From a virus (Duplodnaviria > Caudoviricetes), in the IMG/VR virus record IMGVR_UViG_3300014613_000035, positions 1 through 47,088 of that record: DNA of 47,088 nucleotides. One strand, written 5' to 3'. Numbering within the stretch: the stretch's first letter is position 1; every line of letters starts with the position of its first letter. Of the stretch, positions 1 through 7,950 are shown in pieces. The position numbers and the translations under genes were made by a program. The notes beneath the pieces are model-generated. The model saw only the letters and a list, made by a program, of their open reading frames with translations, made no database searches and was not told where the DNA came from.

Positions 1-89
1 ACAAGGCGGGGGAACAGAGGCAGAGGGGGCGAGGGGGATTGATGGAGGGAGGGGGGGGGTGGGGTCGCGACACGCCCTAGTAGCTCAGC

Positions 90-128
<39 letters not shown>

Positions 129-130
129 TA

Positions 131-1132
131 TTGCGGCAACGTGCTAACTCATTTAGAAAATCAGTAACTCCCGAACGTGTAGGCCGTTGGCCCGCGAACC
201 TGATTTTGGACGGATCTCAAGAAGTCCTCGATTTGTTTCCAGAGAACGCCGGTAGTAATAGCACAACGCCTGGGACTGGAAAGAAAGGCATGTTTGGAAA
301 AAGGCCTAGCAATATAAGCCATGACAAAAATAGAGGTTCCGCCGCTCGGTTTTTTAAACAAATAAAAATTGAAAATGAATGTTCTCTCTGTTATAATTCT
401 TTGCGCGAAGAACAGAAACAAGGAGAATCATGCAAAAATACATTTGTGAACATTGCGGAAAAATATTCGAAAACTATCCGAGTAATAAAAGAAAGTATTG
501 CTCGCTTGAATGTGGAGGACTCGCACGTCGAAAAACTCGTCCTTTATGTGAAGTATGCAGCAAACCTGTGCGACACATGCGCAATCGATATTGTTCAAAA
601 TCTTGTAGCAATATCGGAAGTCCAAAAGGATGCGCGAAACCCTCTGGAATCACGAGTTATTCGGGACTTTATTACAAATTACAGAAACTGTATCCTAATC
701 CAGAACCTTGCCAGTTATGTGGAAGTAATGGACAACATAGACACCACCCCGATTACGAAAAGCCTTTTGAGATTGTTTGGCTTTGTGCTTCCTGTCATCA
801 ACGAATCCATCCAAAGAATAAAAAAGTCCGAACCAGAAAGATTCAAATACCAAGCTAAAGCCTCCAAGAAGGAGCGCAGGGAAGGCAACAAGCATCCTAC
901 AGTCAAGCCCATAAAGTTAATGGAGTACCTAGTGCGACTAGTGACACCTCCTGGCGGGGTTGTACTTGATCATTTCATGGGTTCTGGCACAACATGTTGT
1001 GCTTGTGTTAACTTAGATTTTTCATTTGTAGGTATAGAACAGGAACTAGACTCTTTTCAGATAGCGCAAGGACGAATTGCGAAAGCAATTGAAGATAAAA
1101 AGGAAGAGAAGGAAAGTAAAACTGAAATATGA
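131..1132 (+). CDS. DNA N4/N6 methyltransferase, C-terminal part (5' end lost in low-quality poly-G sequence)
   Basis: GRWPANLILDGS, SAARFF, AKASKKER..NKHPTVKPIKLMEYLVRLVTPPGGVVLDHFMGSGTT (SAM-binding FxGxG) are typical of phage beta-class MTases; about 160 extra codons lie between RFF and KYQAKAS. Confidence 0.85.
   Translation: MRQRANSFRKSVTPERVGRWPANLILDGSQEVLDLFPENAGSNSTTPGTGKKGMFGKRPSNISHDKNRGSAARFFKQIKIENECSLCYNSLREEQKQGESCKNTFVNIAEKYSKTIRVIKESIARLNVEDSHVEKLVLYVKYAANLCDTCAIDIVQNLVAISEVQKDARNPLESRVIRDFITNYRNCILIQNLASYVEVMDNIDTTPITKSLLRLFGFVLPVINESIQRIKKSEPERFKYQAKASKKERREGNKHPTVKPIKLMEYLVRLVTPPGGVVLDHFMGSGTTCCACVNLDFSFVGIEQELDSFQIAQGRIAKAIEDKKEEKESKTEI
430..858 (+). CDS. Zn-finger/HNH endonuclease nested out of frame within the methyltransferase
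   Basis: Own RBS (aggag at 421); CxxC/YCS repeats, then CQLC..HRHHPDYEKPFEIVWLCASCHQRIH HNH-type motif. Confidence 0.8.
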   Translation: MQKYICEHCGKIFENYPSNKRKYCSLECGGLARRKTRPLCEVCSKPVRHMRNRYCSKSCSNIGSPKGCAKPSGITSYSGLYYKLQKLYPNPEPCQLCGSNGQHRHHPDYEKPFEIVWLCASCHQRIHPKNKKVRTRKIQIPS

Positions 1133-1380
1133 TAAAATTAAACAGGGACGCAGTAGGCCGTAGAATTCGGCTCTTGCAGTCCGAAAATTGGGCTGCTGCT
1201 GTTAGGCCGAAGAATAAGACTGGCAGAGTCAAAGGCTGGATAACTGGCACACTTCAATTTAAGTCCTCTAAAAGTATGTATCATGTGGTATTTGATAATC
1301 AACCTTCCTGGCGAGAAGGCTTTATTTACGGAATTGGAGGAGAGGGGCACGAATCAAAGTTGTTTGATTTTATTGATTAA
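1129..1380 (+). CDS. hypothetical protein
   Basis: ATGA overlap with the MTase stop; 83 aa ORF. Confidence 0.65.
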   Translation: MIKLNRDAVGRRIRLLQSENWAAAVRPKNKTGRVKGWITGTLQFKSSKSMYHVVFDNQPSWREGFIYGIGGEGHESKLFDFID

Positions 1381-1413
1381 TTAGACTTTTTTCATTTATT
1401 TATGCTGAGTATA

Positions 1414-1442
1414 TTGACAGGTGCTTGAGTAGAGGTTATATT
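1414..1442 (+). promoter_or_regulatory. sigma70-type promoter
   Basis: TTGACA (1414-1419), 17 nt spacer, TATATT (1437-1442), AT-rich upstream. Confidence 0.75.
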
Positions 1443-1450
1443 CTTAGATA

Positions 1451-1536
1451 GGCGATGCGAGACAACAAGAATTTCGGAAATGCCTAATCGGTAGTCTCGG
1501 CCAAAAGAGGTGGTTCGACTCCACTCGTTGCCTCCA
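1451..1536 (+). ncRNA. tRNA-like RNA (acceptor stem, T-arm and CCA; non-canonical body)
   Basis: GGCGATG (1451-1457) pairs with CGTTGCC (1526-1532), discriminator T, CCA 1534-1536; T-arm GGTGG-TTCGACT-CCACT; no canonical D or anticodon arm. Confidence 0.65.
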
Positions 1537-1572
1537 TTGAAGCGGCGATTAAGGTTAAAAAGGGAGTTGATT

Positions 1573-1980
1573 ATGGAATTATCTGAATTACAAGCGTTAC
1601 TTGGTCGGCTAGGCGGCGGCATGACTTCAGGTCCCTGGGAAGCTATCCAAGCTACTAATGGTGACTGGCAGCTTGTGAAGGCTGTTAATCGTACTCCAGT
1701 TCTGATGTCGGAAGCTAATGCTCGATTTATTGTTGAGTTTCGAAACATTTTTGATGAGCTGGGAGAGATGGCAGAAACATCATATTCGAGGGAAGAGTAC
1801 GATGCTTTGAGCAAGGAGATGGAAGAGTCTGATGAGAAGGTAGGCAAGCTTGAGGAGTTGTTAGACGATTCAAAGACAGAGTGTGAAGAACTCCAAGAGG
1901 AGATTGAGGAGTTGAAAGAGCAAGCAGTAGGCCGTAGAATTCGGCTCTTGCAATTGGAAGGAGAAACTGATGAAAATTGA
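1573..1980 (+). CDS. hypothetical coiled-coil protein
   Basis: RBS agggag before ATG 1573; TSGPW motif then acidic heptads. Confidence 0.7.
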   Translation: MELSELQALLGRLGGGMTSGPWEAIQATNGDWQLVKAVNRTPVLMSEANARFIVEFRNIFDELGEMAETSYSREEYDALSKEMEESDEKVGKLEELLDDSKTECEELQEEIEELKEQAVGRRIRLLQLEGETDEN

Positions 1981-2266
1981 AGAATATTGTGAGAAGAAAA
2001 GAGAGATAGAGAATCGTGCTAAAAAAGAGATTAAACGATTAGCTTGTGAATACGCTTTATCTAAAGATAACAATAGCATCCAGGTTGGAGACATGGTTAC
2101 AGATCATATAGGAACTATTAAAGTCACTAGCATAAAAGTGTATCTTGATTTTAATAGACCTTCATGTATCTATAGAGGTCTTCAGTATACCAAACAAGGT
2201 AAACCTTTTAAAAGTGGTGAAGAACGTGATGTTTATCAATCTAATATCAAGCAAAGTAATTTATAG
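1970..2266 (+). CDS. hypothetical protein
   Basis: RBS ggaga, overlaps previous stop. Confidence 0.7.
   Translation: MKIEEYCEKKREIENRAKKEIKRLACEYALSKDNNSIQVGDMVTDHIGTIKVTSIKVYLDFNRPSCIYRGLQYTKQGKPFKSGEERDVYQSNIKQSNL
2255..2265 (+). promoter_or_regulatory. recurrent motif AGTAATTTATA (putative phage promoter), copy 1 of 5
   Basis: Identical 11-mer also at 8124, 30529, 32751 and 43621, each shortly upstream of a gene start. Confidence 0.55.
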
Positions 2267-2276
2267 GTGAGGATTA

Positions 2277-2672
2277 ATGAGTTATGGTAAGGCACAATTA
2301 GAAGTGGATAAGTACTATCATATTCGTGGGCATGCTCGTGGCACTGGTTGGACTGAAATCATTGATGCGGTCAATCTGCTAATTGATTTTAAATATGATG
2401 TTGGTTTGATTGTGCTATCTCCATTGCACCCTATGCACAATACCTTAAAACAGGCACGCTCCAAACCATGTGCGCCAGTTATCAATATCGACGGAAAGCC
2501 AGTGTACAAAGGGATGGAATCCAGAACTTGGCAAGTGTTCGATATGGTGTTCACTTCACATAAGGTTCAAGAATTGAAATTAGGAGCATCAGGAAAGCCT
2601 GGTGCTTGGTTTGTTGAATTCGATGACGTGAGTTGTGTGGAAATACCCCCACCCAAGGAGACAGACAAATGA
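2277..2672 (+). CDS. hypothetical protein
   Basis: RBS gaggat, 131 aa ORF. Confidence 0.7.
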   Translation: MSYGKAQLEVDKYYHIRGHARGTGWTEIIDAVNLLIDFKYDVGLIVLSPLHPMHNTLKQARSKPCAPVINIDGKPVYKGMESRTWQVFDMVFTSHKVQELKLGASGKPGAWFVEFDDVSCVEIPPPKETDK

Positions 2673-2881
2673 GTAAGAAAAGATGTCCTAAATGTGGGGA
2701 AATACTATCTCTCCATCAATCACACTTAGAGATGGAAAACAGACGTCTAGAGCAAGCCAATGAACGACTAAAAACACAAGTAAGAGAATTGAGTGAGAAA
2801 ATTGAACCAATGCAAAGGGCTATTGACGATTTAGTGAATGGCCGGGCCACGTGGTACGCAGGGGGACACAATGAAGATTGA
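2669..2881 (+). CDS. small Zn-ribbon/coiled-coil protein
   Basis: aaggag RBS, ATGA overlap; KRCPKCGE. Confidence 0.65.
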   Translation: MSKKRCPKCGEILSLHQSHLEMENRRLEQANERLKTQVRELSEKIEPMQRAIDDLVNGRATWYAGGHNED

Positions 2882-3227
2882 GCCGAAATACAAAGACGGT
2901 GAGCCATTATGCACCCATGGCTGCCCCGCGTGTTTTGATGACTTTCCTAATTGGTGGAAATGTAGGATTAAACAATCTGAAGTTGACGAGGGTGAACCAT
3001 GCATCCCCGCTTTACGTAGAGACCGCGATCAAGCCACAAAGGAGCGCGATGAAGCCCTAACCCGTGAGAAGGCGCTGCAAAGGGAAATCTGCACTGCAAA
3101 GGCAGAGCTTATTTTTTGCGACGCAATGATCCCGCGTGACAGGGCTATATTTATAACCAAACAGCGCGGCTGGGATTGCTACGACACCCCAGTCAAGGAG
3201 TCTGGGTTGTGTTCAGGGAACCACTAA
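2871..3227 (+). CDS. hypothetical Cys-rich protein, paralog of 10273..10647
   Basis: Shared DGEPxC, CIPxLRxxRD and KQRGWD motifs. Confidence 0.7.
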   Translation: MKIEPKYKDGEPLCTHGCPACFDDFPNWWKCRIKQSEVDEGEPCIPALRRDRDQATKERDEALTREKALQREICTAKAELIFCDAMIPRDRAIFITKQRGWDCYDTPVKESGLCSGNH

Positions 3228-3264
3228 GGATTTCTTATACGTTGAACAAGAAAGTAGGTAAAAA

Positions 3265-3546
3265 ATGATGAAAGCAAAAAAAGTAGAGGTAATCGAGGTT
3301 GACGGCGAGGGCTTAGTATCACTGCTAAATCAGCGCGTGTTGCTAATGTGCGCCAACTATTTCTACGAGGGGATATTGGACGGCGTGAATGACACGTGCT
3401 GCCTTTTATCCGATGCGGGCATTGTGTATGCCACCGGCCCTTGGACTGAAAAATCGTGGTCCGATAGGCAGCAACTACCTAGTGATCATTATGTGATGCT
3501 ACAATCCATTGAATCATTTTGTCTGTCCCCCTCGATGGTGCTCTAA
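3265..3546 (+). CDS. hypothetical phage protein (small beta-barrel-like)
   Basis: EGLVSLLNQRVLLMCANYFYEGILDGVND..GIVYATGPW; preceded by the junction motif. Confidence 0.7.
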   Translation: MMKAKKVEVIEVDGEGLVSLLNQRVLLMCANYFYEGILDGVNDTCCLLSDAGIVYATGPWTEKSWSDRQQLPSDHYVMLQSIESFCLSPSMVL

Positions 3547-3686
3547 TGTTGCGCGGCAAGAAACAAAAACATCGGTCACGGTCAGGGTTATGGTCAGGGT
3601 CACGGTCAGGGTCACGGTCAGGGTCAGGGTCACGGTCAGGGTCATGGTCACGGCCAGGGTCAGGGTCAGGGTCATGGTCAGGCTAA
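3546..3686 (+). CDS. 46-aa Ser/Gly/Arg/Trp dipeptide-repeat protein (not in ORF track)
   Basis: TAATG coupling with the previous gene; MLRGKKQKHRSRSGLWSGSRSG...SWSG encoded by GGTCAN hexamers. Confidence 0.6.
   Translation: MLRGKKQKHRSRSGLWSGSRSGSRSGSGSRSGSWSRPGSGSGSWSG
3574..3682 (+). repeat. hexamer tandem repeat (GGTCAN)n
   Basis: About 18 imperfect copies of ggtcac/ggtcag/ggtcat. Confidence 0.9.
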
Positions 3687-3706
3687 CCAGGAAAGCAGGT
3701 AGGGGA

Positions 3707-4423
3707 ATGACAATTGATTGGATGAACCCAAGTGATGACATTCTAGAGGCTCGGCGCATTGGCTATGAGGAGGGAATAAATGCAAATGATAGTGATAGGA
3801 TGACATTTCAAGAGTACATGAATGAACTGAGGGAATTGATTGTTTTGGCCAGAGGGGAAAAGCCTGATGATGATAGTATTTCTTTTGAGAGTTTAAAAGA
3901 AGATATTGAACAACTACGCAGAGACTATGAAGACGAGATAAAATCCTATCGACTACAAGCCAACGAAGTTGAGAAACAGAAAAGGAAAGCGGAGCAACAA
4001 AATCACGATGACTATTACACGATAGCAAATCTCGAAGCCGAGCTATCGGCGGCGCGGGGGGAGATTGAGCGGTTGAAAACAAGTAGGGCGGCCATTGCCG
4101 ATGAGCAAGTAATTTTGCGAAAAGAACTGGATGAAGCCCAGAGGCATTGGGATAAGTCTAACCGACAAGTCGAGCCACTCAAGGCCGAAAACCTGCAATT
4201 AAAACTAGAGATAGCAGCGGGGCGAACAAAGGACGATAAGCTTGAAAAAGAAAACGAGCGGTTGAAATCAGAACGTTTGGATTTTGAAAACCGTGAGGGT
4301 GCAATCTGCCCCGAAGATGTTGGATTTGAAGAGTATATTAAAACGCTCAAAAAGCAGGTTGAGGAGTTGGAATTGGAGGTTGCAACAATCAAGTGTAGCA
4401 ATAGTCGACTGGGGTATGTTTAG
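3707..4423 (+). CDS. coiled-coil protein
   Basis: Start reassigned to ATG 3707 after gaaagcaggtagggga; long heptad repeats, LEAELSAARGEIERLK module. Confidence 0.7.
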   Translation: MTIDWMNPSDDILEARRIGYEEGINANDSDRMTFQEYMNELRELIVLARGEKPDDDSISFESLKEDIEQLRRDYEDEIKSYRLQANEVEKQKRKAEQQNHDDYYTIANLEAELSAARGEIERLKTSRAAIADEQVILRKELDEAQRHWDKSNRQVEPLKAENLQLKLEIAAGRTKDDKLEKENERLKSERLDFENREGAICPEDVGFEEYIKTLKKQVEELELEVATIKCSNSRLGYV

Positions 4424-4461
4424 TGGGCGAAAGATGACTAATCAAGAAAGCAGGTGGTTTA

Positions 4462-4656
4462 ATGAATCGAAAATTTCATGTTCGCGGGATTTGTTTTGTT
4501 CCGACCGAATGCATGATGGAAATCGAGGCCAGATCTGAAAGTGAGGCAGTGACTAAGGCATTGGAGGCCAGGTGGCAAAATCACATTGATTCACATAGCG
4601 GCGACAATAGCGCGGCTTTCGACTGGAATCCAATTGCAGAGGAAATAAGGGGATGA
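4462..4656 (+). CDS. hypothetical protein
   Basis: Junction motif 16 nt upstream of ATG. Confidence 0.6.
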   Translation: MNRKFHVRGICFVPTECMMEIEARSESEAVTKALEARWQNHIDSHSGDNSAAFDWNPIAEEIRG

Positions 4657-4739
4657 GTGAAGATTTAATAGTATTTCTAGTTACGCATCTACCGATACTT
4701 ATCTTTGTAATAATTTTCGGCAGACAAATGGTGAACTAA
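4653..4739 (+). CDS. 28-aa hydrophobic peptide (not in ORF track)
   Basis: ATGA overlap; MSEDLIVFLVTHLPILIFVIIFGRQMVN fills the gap between neighbours. Confidence 0.4.
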   Translation: MSEDLIVFLVTHLPILIFVIIFGRQMVN

Positions 4740-4759
4740 CAAAGAAAGCAGGCAGGGGA

Positions 4760-5191
4760 ATGAGTGAATGTATTGAATGCGGCCAGCCGCTGAGTGCCAC
4801 GAGCATCAGGTGTTACGACTGTCAAACCACAGCGATTATAAAAACGCCGACTGTGCACACGTATTGTTCTGAGTGCAAAGCCCTCGAATCCCGCGCACTG
4901 GAGGCTGAAAAGCGAAGTAAGGAATACGCGGCGGAGTGCGATAGGTATATCGGTGAACTGGAATCTCTCGAAGCCGAGCTATCAGCGGCAAGGGAAGAAA
5001 ACGATACACTGGTAAAAGAGAATGCCGGACTAAAGGGTGGACTAATAGTAGTTGAGGCCGAAAACGAGCACCTCAAAGCACTCGTTGAGGAAATACTAGT
5101 CGAGAACGTGGGGTGTACCGAGTTGCGGGATTTGTACCGCAGAAAAATGATTAGCAACAAAGAGACTAAAAGAAAGCAGGCAGGGGAATGA
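4760..5191 (+). CDS. Zn-ribbon plus coiled-coil protein, paralog of 5424..5813
   Basis: CIECG..RCYDCQT..HTYCSECKALE nearly identical between the two. Confidence 0.75.
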   Translation: MSECIECGQPLSATSIRCYDCQTTAIIKTPTVHTYCSECKALESRALEAEKRSKEYAAECDRYIGELESLEAELSAAREENDTLVKENAGLKGGLIVVEAENEHLKALVEEILVENVGCTELRDLYRRKMISNKETKRKQAGE

Positions 5192-5427
5192 GTGAGCCTA
5201 TAGAGTGTCCCTTTAAATCGTTAGAAACGGCGGTAGCCTGTCATGTTAGGGACTGGTCAGCAGATCATAGGGATGCATGGATATGGGGCATTGTTTGCGG
5301 TTGGGATGAGGCTAGTTTAAAAGAACTCACGCAACAATACAAATGGACCCCGGAAACTGTTGCAAGGCTTAAACGGCTAAGAAGCGAATACAAGAGATTA
5401 ACCCAAGGAAAGCAGGTAGAGAGATGA
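5188..5427 (+). CDS. hypothetical protein
   Basis: RDWS..RDAWIWGIVCGWD motif; ATGA-coupled. Confidence 0.7.
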   Translation: MSEPIECPFKSLETAVACHVRDWSADHRDAWIWGIVCGWDEASLKELTQQYKWTPETVARLKRLRSEYKRLTQGKQVER

Positions 5428-5813
5428 GTAACTGTATCGAATGTGGAAAACCATTAGATGCCTCGAGTATGAGGTGTTATGACTGCCAAACTGCTATAAT
5501 CACAAAAACGCCGACTATGCACACATATTGTTCTGAATGTAAAGCTCTTGAAGCCCGCGCCCTTAAAGCCGAGAAGCGAAGCAAAGAATACGCTGCGGAA
5601 TGCGACAGGTATATTGCCGATCTTGAAGCCCTCGAAGCCGAGCTAAAGGCGGCGCGGGGGGAAGTAGAGCGGTTGAAATGCTGCGGGAATTGTTGGAAAT
5701 ATCCAGCGGCAAATGATGAGTGTGTTTGTGAGCATTATGGCGGCGCGGCTGGCCATGATACTGAGCGTAACGATGAATGCTGGGAGCAACGGAAAGATCA
5801 AGAAAGCAGGTAG
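5424..5813 (+). CDS. Zn-ribbon plus coiled-coil protein, paralog of 4760..5191
   Basis: Shared N-terminal ~78 aa, different Cys-rich C-terminus (LKCCGNC). Confidence 0.75.
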   Translation: MSNCIECGKPLDASSMRCYDCQTAIITKTPTMHTYCSECKALEARALKAEKRSKEYAAECDRYIADLEALEAELKAARGEVERLKCCGNCWKYPAANDECVCEHYGGAAGHDTERNDECWEQRKDQESR

Positions 5814-5819
5814 GGAAAA

Positions 5820-6053
5820 ATGGCAGCGATAGATAAAATTTATGGTACCAACGAGCAATATGATGAGTTTTTGACGTGGGCAAAATCGCATCGTCCCAGC
5901 ATCATTAATCGTTTTTATCCAAAAAATGGATACCCTCCACAGGATAGGCCGATCACAAACTTATCAGAAGAGGACGATGTGTGGTTGTTGAATAACTGCA
6001 ATATTGATTGGGTGGTTGAACGAATCAGGGAACAATACGGAGTAGAGAAATGA
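5820..6053 (+). CDS. hypothetical protein
   Basis: MAAIDKIYG...; junction motif upstream. Confidence 0.7.
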   Translation: MAAIDKIYGTNEQYDEFLTWAKSHRPSIINRFYPKNGYPPQDRPITNLSEEDDVWLLNNCNIDWVVERIREQYGVEK

Positions 6054-6259
6054 GTGAAACAACATTTGAAATAAAAAAGGATGGTAAAACACTGGTACAT
6101 ATTCCACTGTGGAATTTTCCCGAAAATGCACAGATGCGAGAATGCTACGAAACGGAAAACGAAATAGTTATACTTGGCGAGCCATTAGATGATGATCACG
6201 ACTGTGATTTGATGGGATGTTCTACCTGTTTTCACGTGCGTTACCGATTCCCCAGGTAA
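6050..6259 (+). CDS. hypothetical protein
   Basis: ATGA overlap; HDCDLMGC. Confidence 0.65.
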   Translation: MSETTFEIKKDGKTLVHIPLWNFPENAQMRECYETENEIVILGEPLDDDHDCDLMGCSTCFHVRYRFPR

Positions 6260-6362
6260 CCCCAAGGAGTGATTTATATTAAATAAAAGATTAATACTCC
6301 TCCTAATTTAACAAACCCACTATTTATCTCGTGTTATAATTCCTTCAAATCAGGAGGATACT

Positions 6363-6962
6363 ATGAAAAAACCTATTCGACGTTTTATAACTTATCTATG
6401 GACTTTACCGTGGGACATCCTTACATGGCTCTCAGTGTTGTTTATATGGCTCTGTTGGGGCACAAAGCTCCATTGGCTAGAAGGCTTATGGTGTGAGTTT
6501 AAGCCAAATTCCTGGCCGACTAGGACGTGGTACAGAGTTAGGGATGAGCATGGACTCCACATCATAAATCCTGTCGAGCTGCAGCCTATCTTAGGCAGGT
6601 GGTTGACATGGGGAGGCACTGCCATAGGCCACGGAGGATTCTATGGTCCTGGGAGGTCTGGAGGTCCCGGAGTAGATACAATAGTAGAGGAGCATGAACA
6701 TATTCATCCAGAGCAGATGGAAGTATCTATGCTTTATGGATTTATTGTTCAGTTATCATTTGTTATTATATTTTTAGCTAGAGGTATGGAACCTTTTTGG
6801 GTATTACATACAACGTTTTGGACTATAAGCTGGATGTTAATATATAGTTTAAGTGCATTTCAAGCATATCTTCGTGGGGAGGAGAATGCTTATTTAGGAA
6901 ACATCTTTGAAGAATCCGCTTATGCTCAGACTACTTCATGTGAAGATAAAGAAGAAAAATAA
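6363..6962 (+). CDS. membrane protein with HExxH motif (possible metallopeptidase)
   Basis: aggagg RBS; hydrophobic segments; HEHIH and FEESAY. Confidence 0.55.
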   Translation: MKKPIRRFITYLWTLPWDILTWLSVLFIWLCWGTKLHWLEGLWCEFKPNSWPTRTWYRVRDEHGLHIINPVELQPILGRWLTWGGTAIGHGGFYGPGRSGGPGVDTIVEEHEHIHPEQMEVSMLYGFIVQLSFVIIFLARGMEPFWVLHTTFWTISWMLIYSLSAFQAYLRGEENAYLGNIFEESAYAQTTSCEDKEEK

Positions 6963-6985
6963 GTCTTCCAGGTATATTAGATGTA

Positions 6986-7093
6986 GGTCCAAGTGTTTGT
7001 AGGTTTCAACACTTTAACCAACGGTAGGAATGCCGTACAAAGCGCGTGGAGTTTGCCATGTTCATCGAAAACTGCTCTATAAACACTTGGACC
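6986..7093 (+). ncRNA. putative structured small RNA
   Basis: 17-bp closing stem ggtccaagtgtttgtag/ctataaacacttggacc enclosing smaller hairpins; TATATT at 6973-6978. Confidence 0.45.
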
Positions 7094-7123
7094 CTTTATT
7101 AAAAGGGGAAAGGAGTATTTAAA

Positions 7124-7492
7124 ATGTATAATTGGATAGATGAAAAATGGAGTTGGTATAAATCTCTTCCGTGGTACTGGAAAGTACTAGCTGGAGTACT
7201 AGGGCTCGGGATTATACTTTTGCTAGTGTTATCTCTAATAGGAAGGAAGCCGCAGATAGATTCTTCGGAGTCTGATGAAGCTCACAATGATCTGGTAGAT
7301 CATATGGTGGAGGAGAAGGTTAAAATAGAGGAGGATCTCAAGAAGGAGATAGAAGAATCCAAGGAGAAAATAGCAGAAATTATCAAGAAGGAGCACAAGA
7401 CAGACGAGGAAGCTGCTAAGATTAATGAGAAGATAAACAAAGCTACTTCTGCTGAGGAGGTTAGAGAAATACTGAAAGGACTTAGCAAATGA
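7124..7492 (+). CDS. N-terminal TM plus coiled-coil protein (spanin-like candidate)
   Basis: One TM helix then a charged coiled coil; coupled to the next gene. Confidence 0.5.
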   Translation: MYNWIDEKWSWYKSLPWYWKVLAGVLGLGIILLLVLSLIGRKPQIDSSESDEAHNDLVDHMVEEKVKIEEDLKKEIEESKEKIAEIIKKEHKTDEEAAKINEKINKATSAEEVREILKGLSK

Positions 7493-7947
7493 AACCTTTT
7501 ATATTTATGCTAGCAATCTTCAGCCTGGTCTTTCTATGTCCATTTCAGTCTGTATATGCCGAGGAGAAGATCCCGATGCCAGAAGGCATTGACTACGAAG
7601 TTAATGGCCAGCAGGGTATTTTCTTTACTCTTGAGGAGTATAAACAAATAGCTTTGGTTTATAATGCTTATGTTAATAATCTGGATAAGATTCAGTTTAT
7701 TAACACTAAGTATGAGCTGATGCTGGATATAGAGAAGAACTATGACTTGAGAGTTAAGAACTGCCAGAGCCATATAAGTATTTTAGAATACGATTTGGAT
7801 TTCCAGAAAGCTAGAGTAAAAGAACTTCGGAGTACGATTAAATCTATAAATAGAAATAGCAAGCTGCAGGCAATACTCCACTGGTCGCTCATTGGCATCC
7901 TGGCTGCTGCCGACTTAGTGCTCGTCGTTCACGATTCGACGGACTAG
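7489..7947 (+). CDS. exported/membrane coiled-coil protein (spanin-like candidate)
   Basis: Signal peptide, coiled coil, C-terminal hydrophobic helix. Confidence 0.5.
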   Translation: MKPFIFMLAIFSLVFLCPFQSVYAEEKIPMPEGIDYEVNGQQGIFFTLEEYKQIALVYNAYVNNLDKIQFINTKYELMLDIEKNYDLRVKNCQSHISILEYDLDFQKARVKELRSTIKSINRNSKLQAILHWSLIGILAAADLVLVVHDSTD

Positions 7948-7950
7948 GGC

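Noticed and set aside
3509-3706. V-x repeat N-terminal extension of ORF 3509..4423 and the antisense TL-repeat ORF
   Set aside because: By-products of the hexamer repeat; the junction motif and RBS point to ATG 3707
3247-5822. CRISPR array or integron attC sites
   Set aside because: Repeats are short, non-palindromic and separated by whole genes of variable length; no cas or integrase gene in the window
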